From NCBI GenBank assembly GCA_050084985.1, contig JBITNC010000002.1, forward strand, positions 21,390,001 through 21,454,000: a stretch of DNA of 64,000 bases, written 5' to 3'. A program made the position numbers and the translations under genes. A model generated the notes under the pieces. It had not been told where the DNA came from. It saw only the letters and a list, made by a program, of their open reading frames with translations, and did not search any database. This document shows, piece by piece, positions 62,375 to 64,000 of the stretch; positions within the stretch are counted from its first letter, which is position 1, and each line of letters begins with the position of its first letter. This DNA comes from Nageia nagi (Eukaryota > Plantae > Pinophyta).

Positions 62375-63299
62375 CTGCAGAAAAATATAGCCTTGTTAAG
62401 ATGTATCGTCTATAATACTATGCAGTATATGAACTATACTCCATCAATGATTCATCACAATAATTCTGGAAAAAGAACTGGAATAGATTCAAAGATGACA
62501 AGAATCAATTTTAGAATCAAGATCATGTAATGGCAGACAATAGTTTCCTCACTTATTACGCTGTTAGGAAAAAGAATTCTTCATGCTGATGCATAAGTGA
62601 TTGAAAGATCATGTTGACAGATAAGCAGAATTCCAAGAGAAACACAAAGGAAAATAATACTTTATGGACTTAACTTGAGCAGAGCACTTGCACTGTTGCA
62701 TACATACAATATCTATCTTATAGTGTCAGAGGTGAAAACTCTTAACCAAGTTTCCATTGAGCACCCCTAGGTGGAAAACAAGTACCTCAAAACTTGGATG
62801 GATTAGAAAAGTCTTGGTTTATTTATATTAATCAAATTTTAACCAATGAATATAAGACAAGTACAAATTTGAATATACAACAAAAAAAGGTGAAGTGAAA
62901 TGTCACCATGTTCTCGCAAGGGTGTCTCATACACCCATAAGTTTACTTGGTAGGTAGTGACTTATAACTATGACTTTACACTTAACTTCTATTGGGTTCA
63001 CAACCCCGAGGTAAAAGTCCCTTGCCTAGTGATCAGTGGTGATATTCCTAGATCTAAGTCAGTTCCATGACATCTTATTCTAGATTTACAATCAAATTGG
63101 TATGTAATTAGATGCCAAGAAATTTTGTTCTGCTTATTCCATCTCTTATCCTTCTTGTAATAGTCAAGATTCAATCCATAAAACTACCCTCTTACTTGAT
63201 CACACTATTACTTATTTAAGAATTCAGTATGAAAAGAGTGTTAACCTTCCATCTTCAAATTTTTGCCTCAAGAGAAGCAAGACCTCTCAATCTCATCAT

Positions 63300-64000
63300 G
63301 GATGAAAGGTATATAAAGAAATCTTCTTCAAACTTCTTCCACACAGCATGCATCTCTATAGACATATAGTCATATCTATTGCAAGTTTTCACAAAGTAAG
63401 CATCTTAATAAATTTACTCAAGTCTAGCAGAACACTTTGCTTTTGAACCAAAATAATAAGCTACTAATGCTAAAATAAAGCTGCAATTAGCTTGTTAGGG
63501 TTCTTGAAACAAAGTCATGCCTCAGGATATAGCTTCATTGATTCCTTTAGTGTTCTCACCTTGCCTTGCAAGACATTAAAGGAGGGCTTTTGTGATCATG
63601 AATCTGTCAAACTAATATGTCAAACATTTTCAACAGGAATACTAGCCCATGCAGACATTAATTTTTATATAACCAAGTCTGTTTCTGTAGAAAAAGCATC
63701 TCCCACCTTGCTAATGCTCTTCCAATTTTCTTTGCTCTTTTTGGTTACAGCAATTTGTGCCTTCAACTTCATTCTTGCATTCAAATAGTTCTTTTCCAAC
63801 TCTTTCACCTTGCAATCACATAGTTCTTTTCCAACTATTTAGCCCCTTGAATAAAATTGCATATAAGAAAATTGCTTCTCAGGAATGGATCTCATTCACA
63901 TCTACAAAGTGCAGAGGCAATTTACCAACTGAAACCAACAACTTCAATGGACCAACACAACCATAAAGGAAGAATACTAGAACAATCAACCATGTAACAA
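63300..64000 (-). mobile_element. Very decayed L1-like 3' fragment
   Basis: Weak motifs only: GCVGP (zf-RVT-like) and GYIKINV (RNase-H-like). Confidence 0.3.

Overview
Very AT-rich, transposon-dominated plant nuclear DNA. The element families and long introns suggest a gymnosperm, which is an inference. Two host genes can be assembled by hand from GT-AG splice sites, both on the minus strand. One is a compact 3-exon PsbQ gene (24315-25210, 230 aa) with a G-box/I-box promoter. The other is the 3' six exons of a DUF3755-family gene (35419-62374; 5' exons lie beyond the window) with 16.7-kb and 6.9-kb introns. The rest is layered mobile DNA: a decayed chromovirus-type Ty3/gypsy element, Ty1/copia pol fragments, L1 and RTE-like LINE remnants, tRNA-derived SINEs, and hAT and Mutator-type elements. 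Most notable: (i) a TSD-bounded 5.3-kb solo-LTR-like unit with an array of eight palindromic repeats, a TATA box and its own ~850-codon ORF but no gag/pol; (ii) a 1.2-kb Pack-MULE carrying PPR gene fragments; (iii) an L1 with an apparent extra ORF before its poly(A); (iv) a fold-back MITE with a tRNA-Gln-like core; (v) a nested insertion stack, each layer with an intact TSD, filling 74% of the largest intron. All alignments and domain calls were made by eye, not by search.
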